A stretch of 61,561 bases of DNA, filler included, from Choristocarpus tenellus KU-1152 (taxonomy: Eukaryota > Protista > Phaeophyceae), in NCBI GenBank assembly GCA_964200185.2. It is 11 parts of 11 records of this genome, joined end to end, with 100 filler letters (N's around TTAATTAATTAA, not from the genome) between each part and the next. Parts side by side here need not be neighbours in the genome. Positions count along the whole stretch, not along the records: positions 37,032 to 40,371 come from CAXNAD020020706.1; positions 40,472 to 44,288 come from CAXNAD020017765.1; positions 44,389 to 49,187 come from CAXNAD020013018.1; positions 49,288 to 51,855 come from CAXNAD020026705.1; 7 more parts are not named here. One strand, 5' to 3'. The notes under the pieces are model-generated. The model saw only the letters and a program-made list of their open reading frames with translations, searched no databases and was not told the DNA's origin. Shown here one piece after another: positions 37,203-49,365 of the stretch. Position 1 is the first letter of the stretch. Every line of letters begins with the position of its first letter. A program made the position numbers and the translations under genes.

Positions 37203-39036
37203 CCCTTTGGAGTACGGGCTTCGTTATTTTTTGCCATTTATTTATTTTTTGAATAAAGACCGCTTGCATTGGGGTTCGAACCCTGGACTGTAGGTCACCA
37301 AGAGTGCCAACAGATATACTACTACTTGATTAAGTGTAGGGTTTAGGTGGAAAAAAAGCCTCCACACCACACCCTTTCCTCCTCTGCGTTCGCGCACCCA
37401 TTCTTTGACCTCGGCAAGGATGTCCTCGTCGAGGCCCAGGACGAAACATCTCTCATCGCGCCCTTGCTCCGATATCTTGATGTGGCCCTTAGTTAGGAAG
37501 TCTCTCTCCCATTTACTCACAGTTTCCGGGCTGACCATCGCATATCCTGCTGCCATCTCGAGCGCCGTTTGACAGTCTTTCCCGTCGTTCACATACACAT
37601 ACAGGATTCGCAGTGTTAGACCTTAAACTATCATATTTCCTTGTCGAGCGCCGGGAATGGTCGTTGTCCGTGTTTCCTGGGCAGGTGATATTTAGCTTCA
37701 AGGCGCAAGGGCGAGGGAGGACAGGCTTGAGTTGATCGAAACTTGAGTCGATTTCTCGAATGAATGCAGGCCGAGAGAAAGTCGTAATCAACTTTATACG
37801 TCCAACCCTAGTCCAGGAAAAAGAGTAAATGTATGGCATCTTGCAAGAAGTGGGAGATAACAAACCATCTGTGTGCAAATATTCCCAATCTCACCTCCTC
37901 TTCTTCCCTGGCATCCTTGTTGATGGCTACCTCCACCTGCTTCGCAACCTCTTTTAAGTAAAGGATTTGGTGGTATCGAAAAGTCTCCACAGCTGCCTTT
38001 GTTACGACCACTTTCTCCTCCGTCTTGCGAGCCCTTTCGACCTTCTTCCGGACTTCAGGGTCCTTGTAGCCCAACCCTAACAACTTTCTCATTTCCTTAA
38101 GCCACTCCGGCTCACATAGCTTCCAAACAGCTAGGGTCTGCTGCAACTGTCGACTATGAAGATATTCTACACCCGTTTTTTCACCTAGGCATTTCCTGAG
38201 CACAATGGCACGCAGTCGCACTGCTCTCGTCCCCAACCTTCCCTTCGACCGATCACTCTGGTTCTCCCTTCGCCCACCGTGACCAGGCTTCCCACAGACT
38301 TCGTCACTGTACCACCTAGTGATGGACTCACCACTCTCTTCCTGCCTTTCTGAGGCAACAGAGACTGCAAAGCAGTGCTCCGACGTTGTTGAGGATCCAA
38401 CCACGTTTGTGTGGTGGTAATGCTTTCCATGCATCTTCTCTCAGCGCCAGTGTCACGGCCATGTGATCCATTGCCCAAATTGAATTTAGTCATGCTGCTG
38501 CGCTACAGTACACGCACTTTCTCGTCACCTAACAACGCACAGAATGTCACACACGATACTTGTTTTTTTGTCAGAGGTGCCGAGGGTAGATCCAGGGGGC
38601 AGAGTGGGCTCGGCGGCTCTCCTTGTCTCACCATCGTGGCTCATGTTGCTGTGTGGGTCACGTGTGTGTGTGCTCTCAAAAAGTCTGCAAAGGTGCAAAA
38701 AAGATGTCCACAAATCTTGTTGGGTTTTTTCGGTACTCCCACAAGCATCGTTGTAGAGCAGCGAGCTAACGCGGATCATTTTCTTGCGGGGATCTCAGCC
38801 AACCACTTCATTTTTGTACCTTGAGAGGTTGTGACCATCAAAACTGCGCTGGAGATGTTTACCCCGCATGTTTGCCATTCTTTGATCGAGGTATAGCTCC
38901 CGTTCACTGGAGTTAGTACATTCCTACATACAATTTTTTAACACATCCTGTGATAAGCGTTCATTTGATACTTGTTTTGGTAATACAGTGGAAAAAAGTA
39001 AGATTGCTCCAGAGGGATAAGCTATTGGTACCACTT
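37203..39036 (-). mobile_element. ~2-kb TIR element, copy 2; the far TIR may lie at about 37097
   Basis: Inverted homolog of 15787-17983; end GCTATTGGTACCACTT|TA. ORFs 37808-38434 and 37242-37598 (ETVSKWERDFLTKGHIKISEQGR...LDEDILAEVKEWVRE). Confidence 0.75.
37261..37340 (-). promoter_or_regulatory. tRNA-like Pol III type-2 promoter cassette (A and B boxes) inside the TIR element; degenerate homolog at 17835-17915 (+)
   Basis: Minus strand TAATCAAGTAG (A box, one mismatch to TRRYNNARYGG), 39-nt spacer containing stem CTGTTGGCAC/GTGACCTACAG, then GGTTCGAACCC (perfect B box). Confidence 0.5.
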
Positions 39037-40301
39037 TAGAAATTGAATAATTAATGAACTAGTAGTGAGTTTTGATTGAGGGAGTGCTTCTACAGTTTGT
39101 TGTGTGTATGTGATCAAAAGGTCTTTGTAAAGCTCAGTATTCTGTTCTATATGTGCAATGGATGGATTTTCTTGAGCGCACGCACGCTTCGTTTACATGA
39201 TCCTCGTATCACAACTTTTCAGTACTTAATCCGATTACTCACTATTATATTTTCCTGGGAATAGTCCCATTTCATACTACTCCAACCCTGGTCGGAACTG
39301 TACAATGTAGTTGAGTGTTGCACATTGACTGAGATAAGAAGGGGCGTTCAATAAATCCACCACTCATATATGATATTGTGTGCGTGTTTGTTGCCCGTAT
39401 ACTCGTCCTTTGTTATTATTAAGAATACACCCACCAATCTTTGTTAACTACCCCTCTATTGATAAGGTTGTGCTCTACACAACAATTTATATAAAATACG
39501 CTGTGACCAACCTCGTTTAACTGTGTGTTGCAGTTACAAATAAGTGCTGAGGCAGTTTTGTTGTTAACAGTTTCTTTCTCAGTCGTATTGTAGTGCCAAC
39601 TAAAAAAATAAAGAGCATTTTAATACACTACTACTAGAATTCACTTTTCTGATTTGTTTGTTGCATTGTATTTTTCTTTTGTTTACGTTTATCTGTTAGT
39701 GTTAGGTGTCGTAAGTTGTTGGGGACTGGGAACGTTGTACAGTTCAAACAGACAGACAGATACGTATGGACAGACAGGAATTTCCTGGTTTTACATGGCA
39801 CGTACGTGAGAGGGCCCAAAAGATAGTAATGACCCCTATCGGGGAATGACAAAATCAAATCAAGTGTTGAAATGGATTCAGCACCCGCATTCATACGGCT
39901 AGGTTGGATCCATAGTAGTATGAACATTGGTTCATAGGGAACAGTCTCCTAGGGAACCGATGTAGTTCAGTTTCTTCTTGCAGATGAAGTGTTCCAAAAG
40001 TCACCGTTCTTGTCTAAAATGTGATGTATTCATGATGTGAACAGGTATTTTCCGTACGTACGCACTTGGCTCAATAGACTGGAAAAGAACCAAACAATCT
40101 AAGGGCCATAGCATAGTGTGGTGTTGCTTGGTAGAGTGAGACAGCTAGCTATTAGCGGTAGAATTTCATATGCTTGACTGGTGGGTGCGTTTCTATACTT
40201 TACACAGTTGCAATATTTGAAGTACATGCTTACAGCAGTGAGTGGAAGCGTTTCTGTAGTTAGTGTATGGGTGTTGTGAAGGGCGAAGTGCTACGTTGTC
40301 A

Positions 40302-40371
40302 GAGCCAAAGTATCTTAGAGGGTAGAGCCGCGTCCATTTGGGGGCCAAAGTCGGATGTTGCGATTATGATA
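40302..40371 (-). mobile_element. MITE family A right end, truncated at contig break
   Basis: GAGCCAAAGTATCTTAGAGGGTAGAGCCGCGTCCATTTGGGGGCC is the reverse complement of the family A right end. Confidence 0.9.
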
Positions 40372-41044
40372 NNNNNNNNNNNNNNNNNNNNNNNNNNNNN
40401 NNNNNNNNNNNNNNNTTAATTAATTAANNNNNNNNNNNNNNNNNNNNNNNNNNNNNNNNNNNNNNNNNNNNCCGGAAATTCTGGAGGACGGTGGGGTTTT
40501 TTGTTGGGGGGATAGGGGGGGAGGGGGGGGGGGGGGGAGGGGGGGGGGGGGGGGGCAACAGGGGCAGGGGATACATATACATCGGGAACAGGAGCTACCC
40601 CGCAAGTTGATGACTGCACAGCCCCCTGAGATGTGGATGTCAGCGTGACTTCCTCTTGGAGGAGGCTGGGTGATTTCCCATGAGAGTTTGGCATTCTGTG
40701 AATGCATGTTCTCTCAGTACAGTGTTGATGGATGCCAGGGACTAGCAACAAGACCAGTATGGCCACAAGAGGCAGGCAGGGAGGGGGAAGGAGAGGCAGA
40801 AGAAGAGGCAGAAGCACGGCCTGGGAGACTTCTTTGATCACAGACGAAGGAACCTGTCCATGACCTCCTGCGCGGTGTTGGACACACATTGTTCTAACAA
40901 ACAACCTTGTACAGAAATAAATACAAAAAGGACACAACTCTAATTCACATATAAAAGACCCAACCGCTGTATTTCGATCTTCTTCATTCTCTTGGATACA
41001 CTCTTGGTTTTGTCTATCCTAACAAGGCAGGTCATCATAATCAC

Positions 41045-44000
41045 CTGACCCAACGGTTCTCCTCAGCCGACTTTCCAGCAGCTATGGCCATGATGAGCGC
41101 CATTAGGCCATCCTCCCCAGAGCAGGGCGAAGGCTTATCATTTACCAGGCAGTCGCAGAACGCAAGCGTCTCCTGGATGTATGCCTGCAAAGGTACAAAA
41201 AGTAAAAAAAGTCACACGCCATCAGATTAATATCAACTCTGTGTGTATTGCGATCACACTTGACAACACCCTGCAGGAAAAGACTCTCCACCACAGCTCA
41301 AAAGTGGACCCAACAGAAGAATCACCATACCCTCAACATTGGACACCTGCTGAGATATGTCCAAAACACCTCAAGATAGGTAGGTAGGTAGGTGGTTTGT
41401 CAACAGTGTAATGAACCACGTCAACTCAGACATCCTCACACGATCAAACTTCCTAGCGATCTCTTAGAAGTATGAGACTCTAAACCTGAGCTCTCACACT
41501 TCCCCTTCCCCGTTCTTCATGCCCTGCTTTTGAGTTGACTACAGACGTTGCTCACAAGAGACATCCTAGTGATAGTGGAATGGGAGTGGAAGTGTCATCC
41601 CCTCAGCAAATAGTAAGATGGGTGTCTAATCACATGCAAGATCAGAACATTCAAAATCAAGTCTGCTGAGCACTAAACATTTTCCTGTCTGCAAATAGGT
41701 CTACCCTGCCCAACCCCCACCCCCCCGGCCCCCCGCCCATCCCTGCTATTAGTAATACAAAATGGCATAGTGGGTGTACTTCCCCACACAGTCACACAAC
41801 ACACCTCCTTGTAGCGGCTCATGAAAAAGTCATAGGGCATGTCAGCATTACCAGTGAAACCCTTTAGGTACACACGTGCTGTGTTGGGATACCTGGATGG
41901 GAAAAGGCAAGGCAACAGAGGGGTCACCACGGTCACAACAAGACTGATCTAATCTACTGAGGATCACACTACTGCTAATGAGTGAAACAAAATAAATAGT
42001 CACCAAGTTACAGGAGCCAAACATCACAACGAGCTGACGAAAGCTGCAGAGTGAATACAACAACCACAAAAGATATAGCCTCACAATATATAGGAAGAGA
42101 TTGCTCTTCCCCAGAAGCATATGCATCCGTTCCCCACTTACATGTTGTCTGTTTGAATCATGCCCTTGTTGCCCAGGGCCTCAGCACGTTGGTCATACCT
42201 AGTACAATCACCAAGGGACCAAAGCATCAAAAATCAAGAGTGGTTGAAGTTGGTCACTGGGGGTAAGTTAATTCTCAAGGAGATCGCACTCACACAAAAT
42301 CAATGTCCTGGTGATGCATATTAATTTTCAAGTAGTGGTTGGTTGCCGTTTTTAGGGTTAGGGCTATGGTTGTTTTTTTTCATTCAGACCCTCGCCACAA
42401 CACCGGCTCTTTCAACCACATCTTCATCTCAAAAAGAAGGGGTCGTCATACCATCCAACACAGGGGGTTGTCATTGGGTTTAAATGAAAGGACCCTTTTG
42501 ACTGCCATGTGGCTAATGCACTTTTTCTTTTTTCAACCTGTGAAGGGCCACTCTTGACCTGAAACTATCTTTAAAGCGAATCTTATTTTGCAGTCATACC
42601 CACCTGAGGGGGGTCAACTAAATTTCAGGCATATTTTCACAGGGAATAAGTATATATATGTAGACATTGCACATGGCTAAGAAAAGGAATCAAAACTCAA
42701 GAGGACCAATCTCTATCCCGATCCAAGATTTTTCACCCAAAGACAGTTTTCTAGTCAGAAGCAGCGCGCTTGCGCCTATGCATCCAAGCACAACCTCTCT
42801 ACACCTGTTTCAAATAAATTTCTTGAATAAATTTCTTGAGCACTGACTTTCTTTTTTCTTCTCTGTTCTTAATATTTACTATTCTTTTCAGAAATTTCAC
42901 CGCAAGACCACATTCATCGAGTTTTTTTTATTTTATTTTTTCAATTTACTCCTCTCTTTAGTCGTGGAATCTAGTTCTTTTCCTCACAACAAATACAACA
43001 ACAGCATTTAGTACCCAAGGGGGGCACGTGAGGTCAGATATGTAAATAGCCCTTGAGTCTGTCTACCTCGTGGTTCATTGCAACTCTGAAAAAAACTAAC
43101 CCTAATCCTATTTCTGTCTTGGGCGTAACTTAGGCCCCTAACCCTAAACCCATCCCGCCACAACACCTACCACATTATACATAGCACGACAGCTACAGCA
43201 TAGCAATAATACTTAGTACACATCATGATAAGTGCTGCGGCGTTTGTTGCCTCTGACCACAAGTCGACATGGAAATTAAAAAAAAAACACTTCAGAAGTC
43301 GTCAGTTCATCGGATATTCCTACCCCCCACCAGTAACAACTCTATAATGAGATACAAAACAGCTGTCATCAGAACACCGTAACACAACTCTTCCTCTCAT
43401 CACAAAAGCCATTACTTCCCCTTGCACCACCAACACTGTCCCATCAAATATCCTCTACCCACAAATGTCTTCTCTCACAGAACTAGTTCAGACAGAAGGG
43501 GGGAGGAGGAGGGTCACCATTTGCTGTTCTCACCTGACAGTCAAGGGACCAACGAAAAAAAAAAGAAGACAGATTGCTACTTGACAAACTTTCCCCTAAC
43601 TCTTCAATTTTATTTTTCTGTACAAAATAAATCAAAAAAGCACCTGCTGTCGTACCACGATAAATAAATATCTATAAATATATATATATATTTATATTTA
43701 TCAGAACATAAACATCATAAAAAAAGAAAAAATACTAGACCAACATACACAAACAATCCAAGCAGAGGATCAACATTCATCAACCTTCATCAACCTTCAC
43801 GACACCGGCGCCACGACCTCGTCCTCTACCCCACAAGGCAAAACTGTCAAAACAACAAACAACGTGCGCGCACACACACACACACAGATACACACACTCC
43901 CTGCATAACAAAATAATTAAACTCTAACACACACTTCCAGGCATCAAACAACAGCAACAAATCTCAACACACACCAACCACTACAGTGTGGCGTCAAAAC

Positions 44001-44198
44001 AATTACCCACGACCCGCGACCCACGGCCCTCTTCCTTCTATCCCTCTCTCACCCGTAAGGTGCCTGTCTGCACACATCAATGACGGCCACGCGCCCCCCT
44101 TCGTATTCAACCATGATCGTGGCAGTATCATACGCCTCCGGCCCCTCCAGCTTCTCGATGGCATGGTCGATGTGACAGGACCCAGTGGCCAAGATGCG
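41045..44198 (-). CDS. myo-inositol 2-dehydrogenase (Gfo/Idh/MocA, IolG-like), C-terminal exons
   Basis: Phase-consistent exons 44198-44053, 42198-42142, 41892-41805, 41184-41045 give ...EAYDTATIMVEYEGGRVAVIDVCRQAPYGYDQRAEALGNKGMIQTDNMYPNT...FFMSRYKEAYIQETLAFCDCLVNDKPSPCSGEDGLMALIMAIAAGKSAEENRWV. Confidence 0.88.
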
Positions 44199-47100
44199 CT
44201 GATCGGGGTTTAGGAGTTAAAAAAAAAAAAAAGAGGCGTGATTCGGTATTCGGTATCGATATCATTTTTTTTTTTTTTATGCAAAAGANNNNNNNNNNNN
44301 NNNNNNNNNNNNNNNNNNNNNNNNNNNNNNNNTTAATTAATTAANNNNNNNNNNNNNNNNNNNNNNNNNNNNNNNNNNNNNNNNNNNNTGTTCTCAATTC
44401 TGTATTACTCCCTCTTTCGTCCGAGTTTCAACAAGTCTCTCTGCACCTCTGACTTGGCCATGGCATTGGACCTTTTATCATACGCTTTAAGTGCAAGAGA
44501 CCTCTAGATACCATCTATTTTTGTTTGATGAGTAGTACTACAAGTGATTTGGAGTTGATTCTGCCACACATCTTCTGATCACAAGCATGCTTGCCACTTC
44601 CCAAAACGTTCCCCTTGTCTTTTTGGCAATCCCAGCACGACAAGACTGTTGATCAACTTGAGCACACTCTCAACATATTTTTTGCAATTGGTAGTGAGAT
44701 GCCAATTTTAGAACATTCAGTGGTCAGGTGATGTGGAGTACAAAACATCACTTAACATTCATAGGGTGCATGTTGTGAGGGGCTAGACGTAGTTTGTTGC
44801 AGGGGCTACAAAGACTGGGCTAGGGTCGATATGCCACTGCATGTTATTGCTGTGCTGCGGCGACATATTAATCGTTAGGTCTAGTGGTAAAACTCAAAGT
44901 TTGTACACTAAATAGAGGCCTGTGTGTGTTGAGTGATGACTGCCTACTTCAAACCACAATAATGTGCCCATGTGGGGGATTGGCCATTGGTGGTCTTGTG
45001 AGCAACCCCTGTCATCACCACCTGCGGCCATCCACCCTTCACCAACCCTTATGTACTGCTCATCTATTGTAGATTAACAATTGATGACGAAAGGTGAGCA
45101 TGATGACTATCCATCCTCGGAAGACACGATCAAGTCTTTGTCCGAAACATAGTCTACTACCACCCACTTCTCTTTGCCTGTGTCCTGCAGGAGCTTTTAT
45201 TCTTCCCCAAGCTCACATTCTCTCCCCACCTATCCCACGTCCTGCTCCACAACTCTGCAGCAGCGCAATGTAAAACAGTAGTGTGTGCCATTATCATCAG
45301 TGTGCACAGCAAGCAGCAACAATGAGCACAGGAGGGTGGACAACTTCGGGAGGTATGCCACTTGCTCACTCTCTCCCTGTATATTTTTATATGTTTTCAT
45401 TGCACTGTGCTTGATTTGTTATTGCTACATTTGTCTTTCATTGAGTCTGGATGGTCTTTGGCAGGTCTTAGAACAAGGAGTGTTGTATGTTTGCTATGGT
45501 ATTGCGGGGTTGTTACTTGCTGGCCTGGAGGGGTCAATAGTAGAAGAGGTTTTACTGGTGAGTATAAACGAAGGTGTGTGTTAGTGGCAAAGAGTATTGT
45601 TTTGGTGGTGTAACTGTGTGTGATGCCTGGTGCTGACAGTTCATAGGAATGGAATCTGAGTGGTAGAGTGCACGTGGGGTGCCTCATGTGTCTAGAATAT
45701 ATCCAGGTCTGGCCTTTCTAACTTGAGAGTGTGTTTTCCGTTTAATTGAGCTCGATTTATGTGTCCGTCTGTCTATCTGTCTAGGAATACAGTGACACAC
45801 GAGGGTAGTGCACCCACTTGCAATCATGATGCATACCGTTTAGAATTTATCCATCGAATGAAAACATTGTTGTTGTTTGGATTAAACATCATTACCAATA
45901 TCAGGTGCAAATGTCTCCGTTGTGGTAAAATGCACTGAGGTGGTCTGACTAGTTGTTCTCTGAACCTAAAGTGTGAAGCTGAGATTATACTGCCATGGTG
46001 GCAAGATCCTCCCCACATATTTTCCGAAGTATGGGATTGTGGTAGCCAACATTTGAATATCAAAACAGCTATTCATGCTCAGAGTACTACACTACGACAA
46101 GAACAACAATGCGGAATAAAAAAATAATGCACAAGTTTAGTTGCTGGTCCTCATTTGACGTGTTTGAGCATTTTAGTTTAGCATGATCACATGGGCGAGG
46201 TTATGTACTCAGGCAACATCGAACATCTGAACATCGGAAACAAATCAGCCGGAGCACCTAAGCCCTCGTGATGAAGGCTGCAGACTTACTCTATAAATCA
46301 TGTTCTCTCCCCGGATCCACATGAGTCTCGAACGCCCATCTCTTGCTGAATGCGTTCGTGTATCTCCCTCCTCGAGCTTGCCGGCCACTTCAGTATTCAG
46401 AGTGGCCGGCAAGCAGATGGCTGTCGAGCCTCTGGGTACGTCCTTTCAGTGTCATGCAGTGGGTGGGGAAAGGAAAAAATATAGAAAAGGGATGCAGTAT
46501 TTATTGGTCCATGCCAACTTTGGGATGGTCAAAGCTAGATAGAATGCTACTATGGTGGAAGCGTGAAAGCCTGAGTTGAGAACCATGCGGGTGCTTACCC
46601 GCACCATATCCAACCCCTCAATTGCAACGAGTCTCGCAGATGTCGAACTGTCCTCGTCCTTTTGCCCCTGGGCCTCGCCCACGGCTGCTGAAGCAGGAGT
46701 CAGTCCTACCACTTCCGGCGTTATCAGCAGGTCTTCCGTCCAATTGAGTTTCAGTACTTTCTCGAATAGGCTTCAGGTGGCCACCACAATACACATGCAC
46801 CTTGCTGCCATGAATACAAAACGTACCCACTTCATGGGGGGTCGAAGCATTTCGTCAGGACTGCGGGATGTGCAGGGTGAGTTGCGCCGTGAAGAGAAGG
46901 GAGTCGAGTCGCACGTGCAGTATTGTGAAAATGGTGGCAAGAACTTGCTTCTCCTCATTAGAGTTAGCACTGACTACATACTTGTACGAAAGTTTACGAA
47001 ACGACATTGTCATTTTGTTTCAGTGTAAACACTAGGCCAGGTGGTCATCATCAATGTACGAGACACAACAACAATAATTATTAATGGCATATATGCATAA

Positions 47101-47255
47101 TGTAGAGTGTCACTAAGAAGAATAAATAGTATCAATAGTACTTGGTGCATTGTTATTTATATCCCCCCGTCATCAATGACCAGGTCAATGCTTCACAGAC
47201 GGAGTGGGAATACGAACTGCGCCAAGTATTCACTAAGGAGTAGCCTATTATATTA

Positions 47256-48010
47256 CTACCTCTGTGCCATAAGTTTGTGCCACGAAACCTCTGAGGTTGC
47301 CGAGCGAGAACAGCGCCGAATCGGACGATAACCCCACAGAATGAAATCGGGTTGACAATTTCAGCTTTCAGAAAACGTCAAGGTCGAAGATCATCAGGTA
47401 CAAACTCGAGGAGCTTCAAGCCGTCAAAGCAGGGATCTTTTGGGGTGATTTTGAGGCCAGAACTGGGCATGTCGAGGGTCAGAACGTCTGCATGGCAACC
47501 TCCCCGTCAACCCCCTCGTTGAGGAAGGGCGCCCAAATATCCCTGAGTACCAGGTTTGCGCTTGCAACGCGGCACACCCTCGCGATGGTCCCTGGTGAGC
47601 ATAAACTGCCGCGACAAGTTGGGCCAGCCCTCGCAGCGGAGTTTGGAGTGTCCGAGCATTACGTGTGAGGGCTCTGGGAGGACCTCACCAATCAGCTCAC
47701 CGGTGACCACACACGCTTGACCTAGGGGTCTGGCACGTAGTTTCTGGCCTTCGGAATTCACACCGACGAAGATGGTCACAATAAATAGTATCAACTCCGA
47801 TAATCCGTCATCCACGGTGCGTCAGGTGACAATGAAGATGGCCGCCAAGGGGCTGAATTATAGCTCGAGCACCATAAACAGGTGGTTGGATGATATGAGG
47901 GCCATGCCGAATCGCCGCGGGATCAAATCCAAGCTTAAATCGTGGCAAAATGTATGGAGACTGGACTTTGTTTGCGATCAAGTGACCGGAAACTTGTTTA
48001 CGATTAGACT
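47256..48010 (+). mobile_element. DD39D (Stowaway-type) mariner relic: left TIR and transposase N-terminus
   Basis: TA|CTACCTCTGTGCCATAA resembles the CTCCCTCCGT terminus. From ATG 47492: KLPRQVGPALAAEFGVSEHYV*GLW, TPTK, STVRQV...SSSTINRW, IKSKLKSWQNVWRLDFV, with stops and a frameshift. Confidence 0.75.
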
Positions 48011-48064
48011 CTTCCAACTCTATCGGACAGTTACGCGGACAGTTACAGAGTAACGGAACAATCA

Positions 48065-48321
48065 GAGTGAAAGTATCCTAGAGGGTGCGAGTTTTGCCCT
48101 GTTTGTCAATTTGGGGCTTGGCTTCCCGTGGGGTTTTTAATGATATTTTCCTACTCCAAAATGTTTCGGAGTAGGTAAATTGTATAGGTAATGAAAAGGT
48201 GTCCAGAACATGGATATTGACACTTTCTAACAAACACAATACCAAACATTACATCAAAATCTCAACATTAGATTTTGACCCCCAAATGGACGCGGCTCTA
48301 CCCTCTAAGATAATTTGACTC
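48065..48321 (+). mobile_element. MITE family A copy 7
   Basis: GAGTGAAAGTATCCTAGAGGG...CCCTCTAAGATAATTTGACTC; 3-bp TSD TCA. Confidence 0.92.
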
Positions 48322-48538
48322 TCAATTAGTGGTCGAGTTATCAGAACCTTTTACTAGTGATTAGCTAAAGGAGAATCTTTATCATATAAAAGGAAATATT
48401 TCTGATATTATGGAGACTTGCATGCCCCTCCTAAATTTAATCAATCACTATACAGACACCAAGCAATCTCGCCGGGTTTATCACCTTTACCCTCTTTGAT
48501 GATTTTGGGGATACTTTAACACAATATATTGAAACCTT

Positions 48539-49187
48539 AGGTTTTCACCCATCATTTCATCATGTCTACACGAGGAGATGCGATTCAAGAATTGCGGGAA
48601 CCTGTTCCTTCCGAGGGCCCATCTGTCGAAGAATTCAGATAGCTTATGGTGTCGGTAGCGGAGTTGTCAAGAAACGTTGGCAATCTCATTGTTCAGTCTG
48701 AAAGAGTCGGCGACGGAAATCATCCCGTCGTCCTGGTCGCTGTGCCCAGCACACGGCCTCCGGCTGGGGGTGTACCAGTCGAAGTGGGTCCTATGGAACC
48801 CATGTTGAGGGCAAAATTCCCAGAGAGGGGAAACAGTTTGGATGCTGGGAGCATTAGAAGTGGTGCAAGCCAGAGGTCCGGTTCTTGGGAGAGTTGGGGA
48901 CAGGCGCACATATTGTTCGCCCTACGACAAAGAGATCGAGAACCCCACCACCGAAACTATTGGACGACTCAGACTACCGGGACTGGCGAAGGCGTTTCAT
49001 CATGCATTGCCGATATACCCACTGTTTGGATGCGTTGACAAGTCAAAGACCAGTCAATCAAGAACGCTCCTACGAGGAACTTCTCTCGGACAGCTCCAGT
49101 ACGAATGATATCTGGATGGCCGAAGAGGCCTACCATGCACTTACTGTTGCTCTCGTTGCACCCACCACCAGGGCACTGTGCTATACG
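48539..49187 (+). mobile_element. Probable Ty1/Copia 5' region: PBS-like site and disrupted gag
   Basis: AGGTTTTCACCC resembles the GGTTATGGGCCC Copia PBS. ATG at 48562; PPPKLLDDSDYRDWRRRF...CLDALT...AYHALTVAL is gag-like; one stop and one frameshift. Confidence 0.55.
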
Positions 49188-49287
49188 NNNNNNNNNNNNN
49201 NNNNNNNNNNNNNNNNNNNNNNNNNNNNNNNTTAATTAATTAANNNNNNNNNNNNNNNNNNNNNNNNNNNNNNNNNNNNNNNNNNNN

Positions 49288-49365
49288 CAAATCACCCAAA
49301 AATCGCGACAAGAAAAAATTGGCCCCAAATGGACAGTCGCCACCCCCCACCATATACTTTGACTC
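49288..49365 (-). mobile_element. MITE subfamily B1 left end at contig start
   Basis: CAAATCACCCAAAAATCGCGAC...CCCCAAATGGACAGTCGCCACCCC...ATACTTTGACTC. Confidence 0.85.

Noticed and set aside
40416-40937. Minus-strand 173-aa ORF as the last exon of the inositol dehydrogenase
   Set aside because: No recognisable homology and an ambiguous acceptor; it runs into poly-G/C and a gap.
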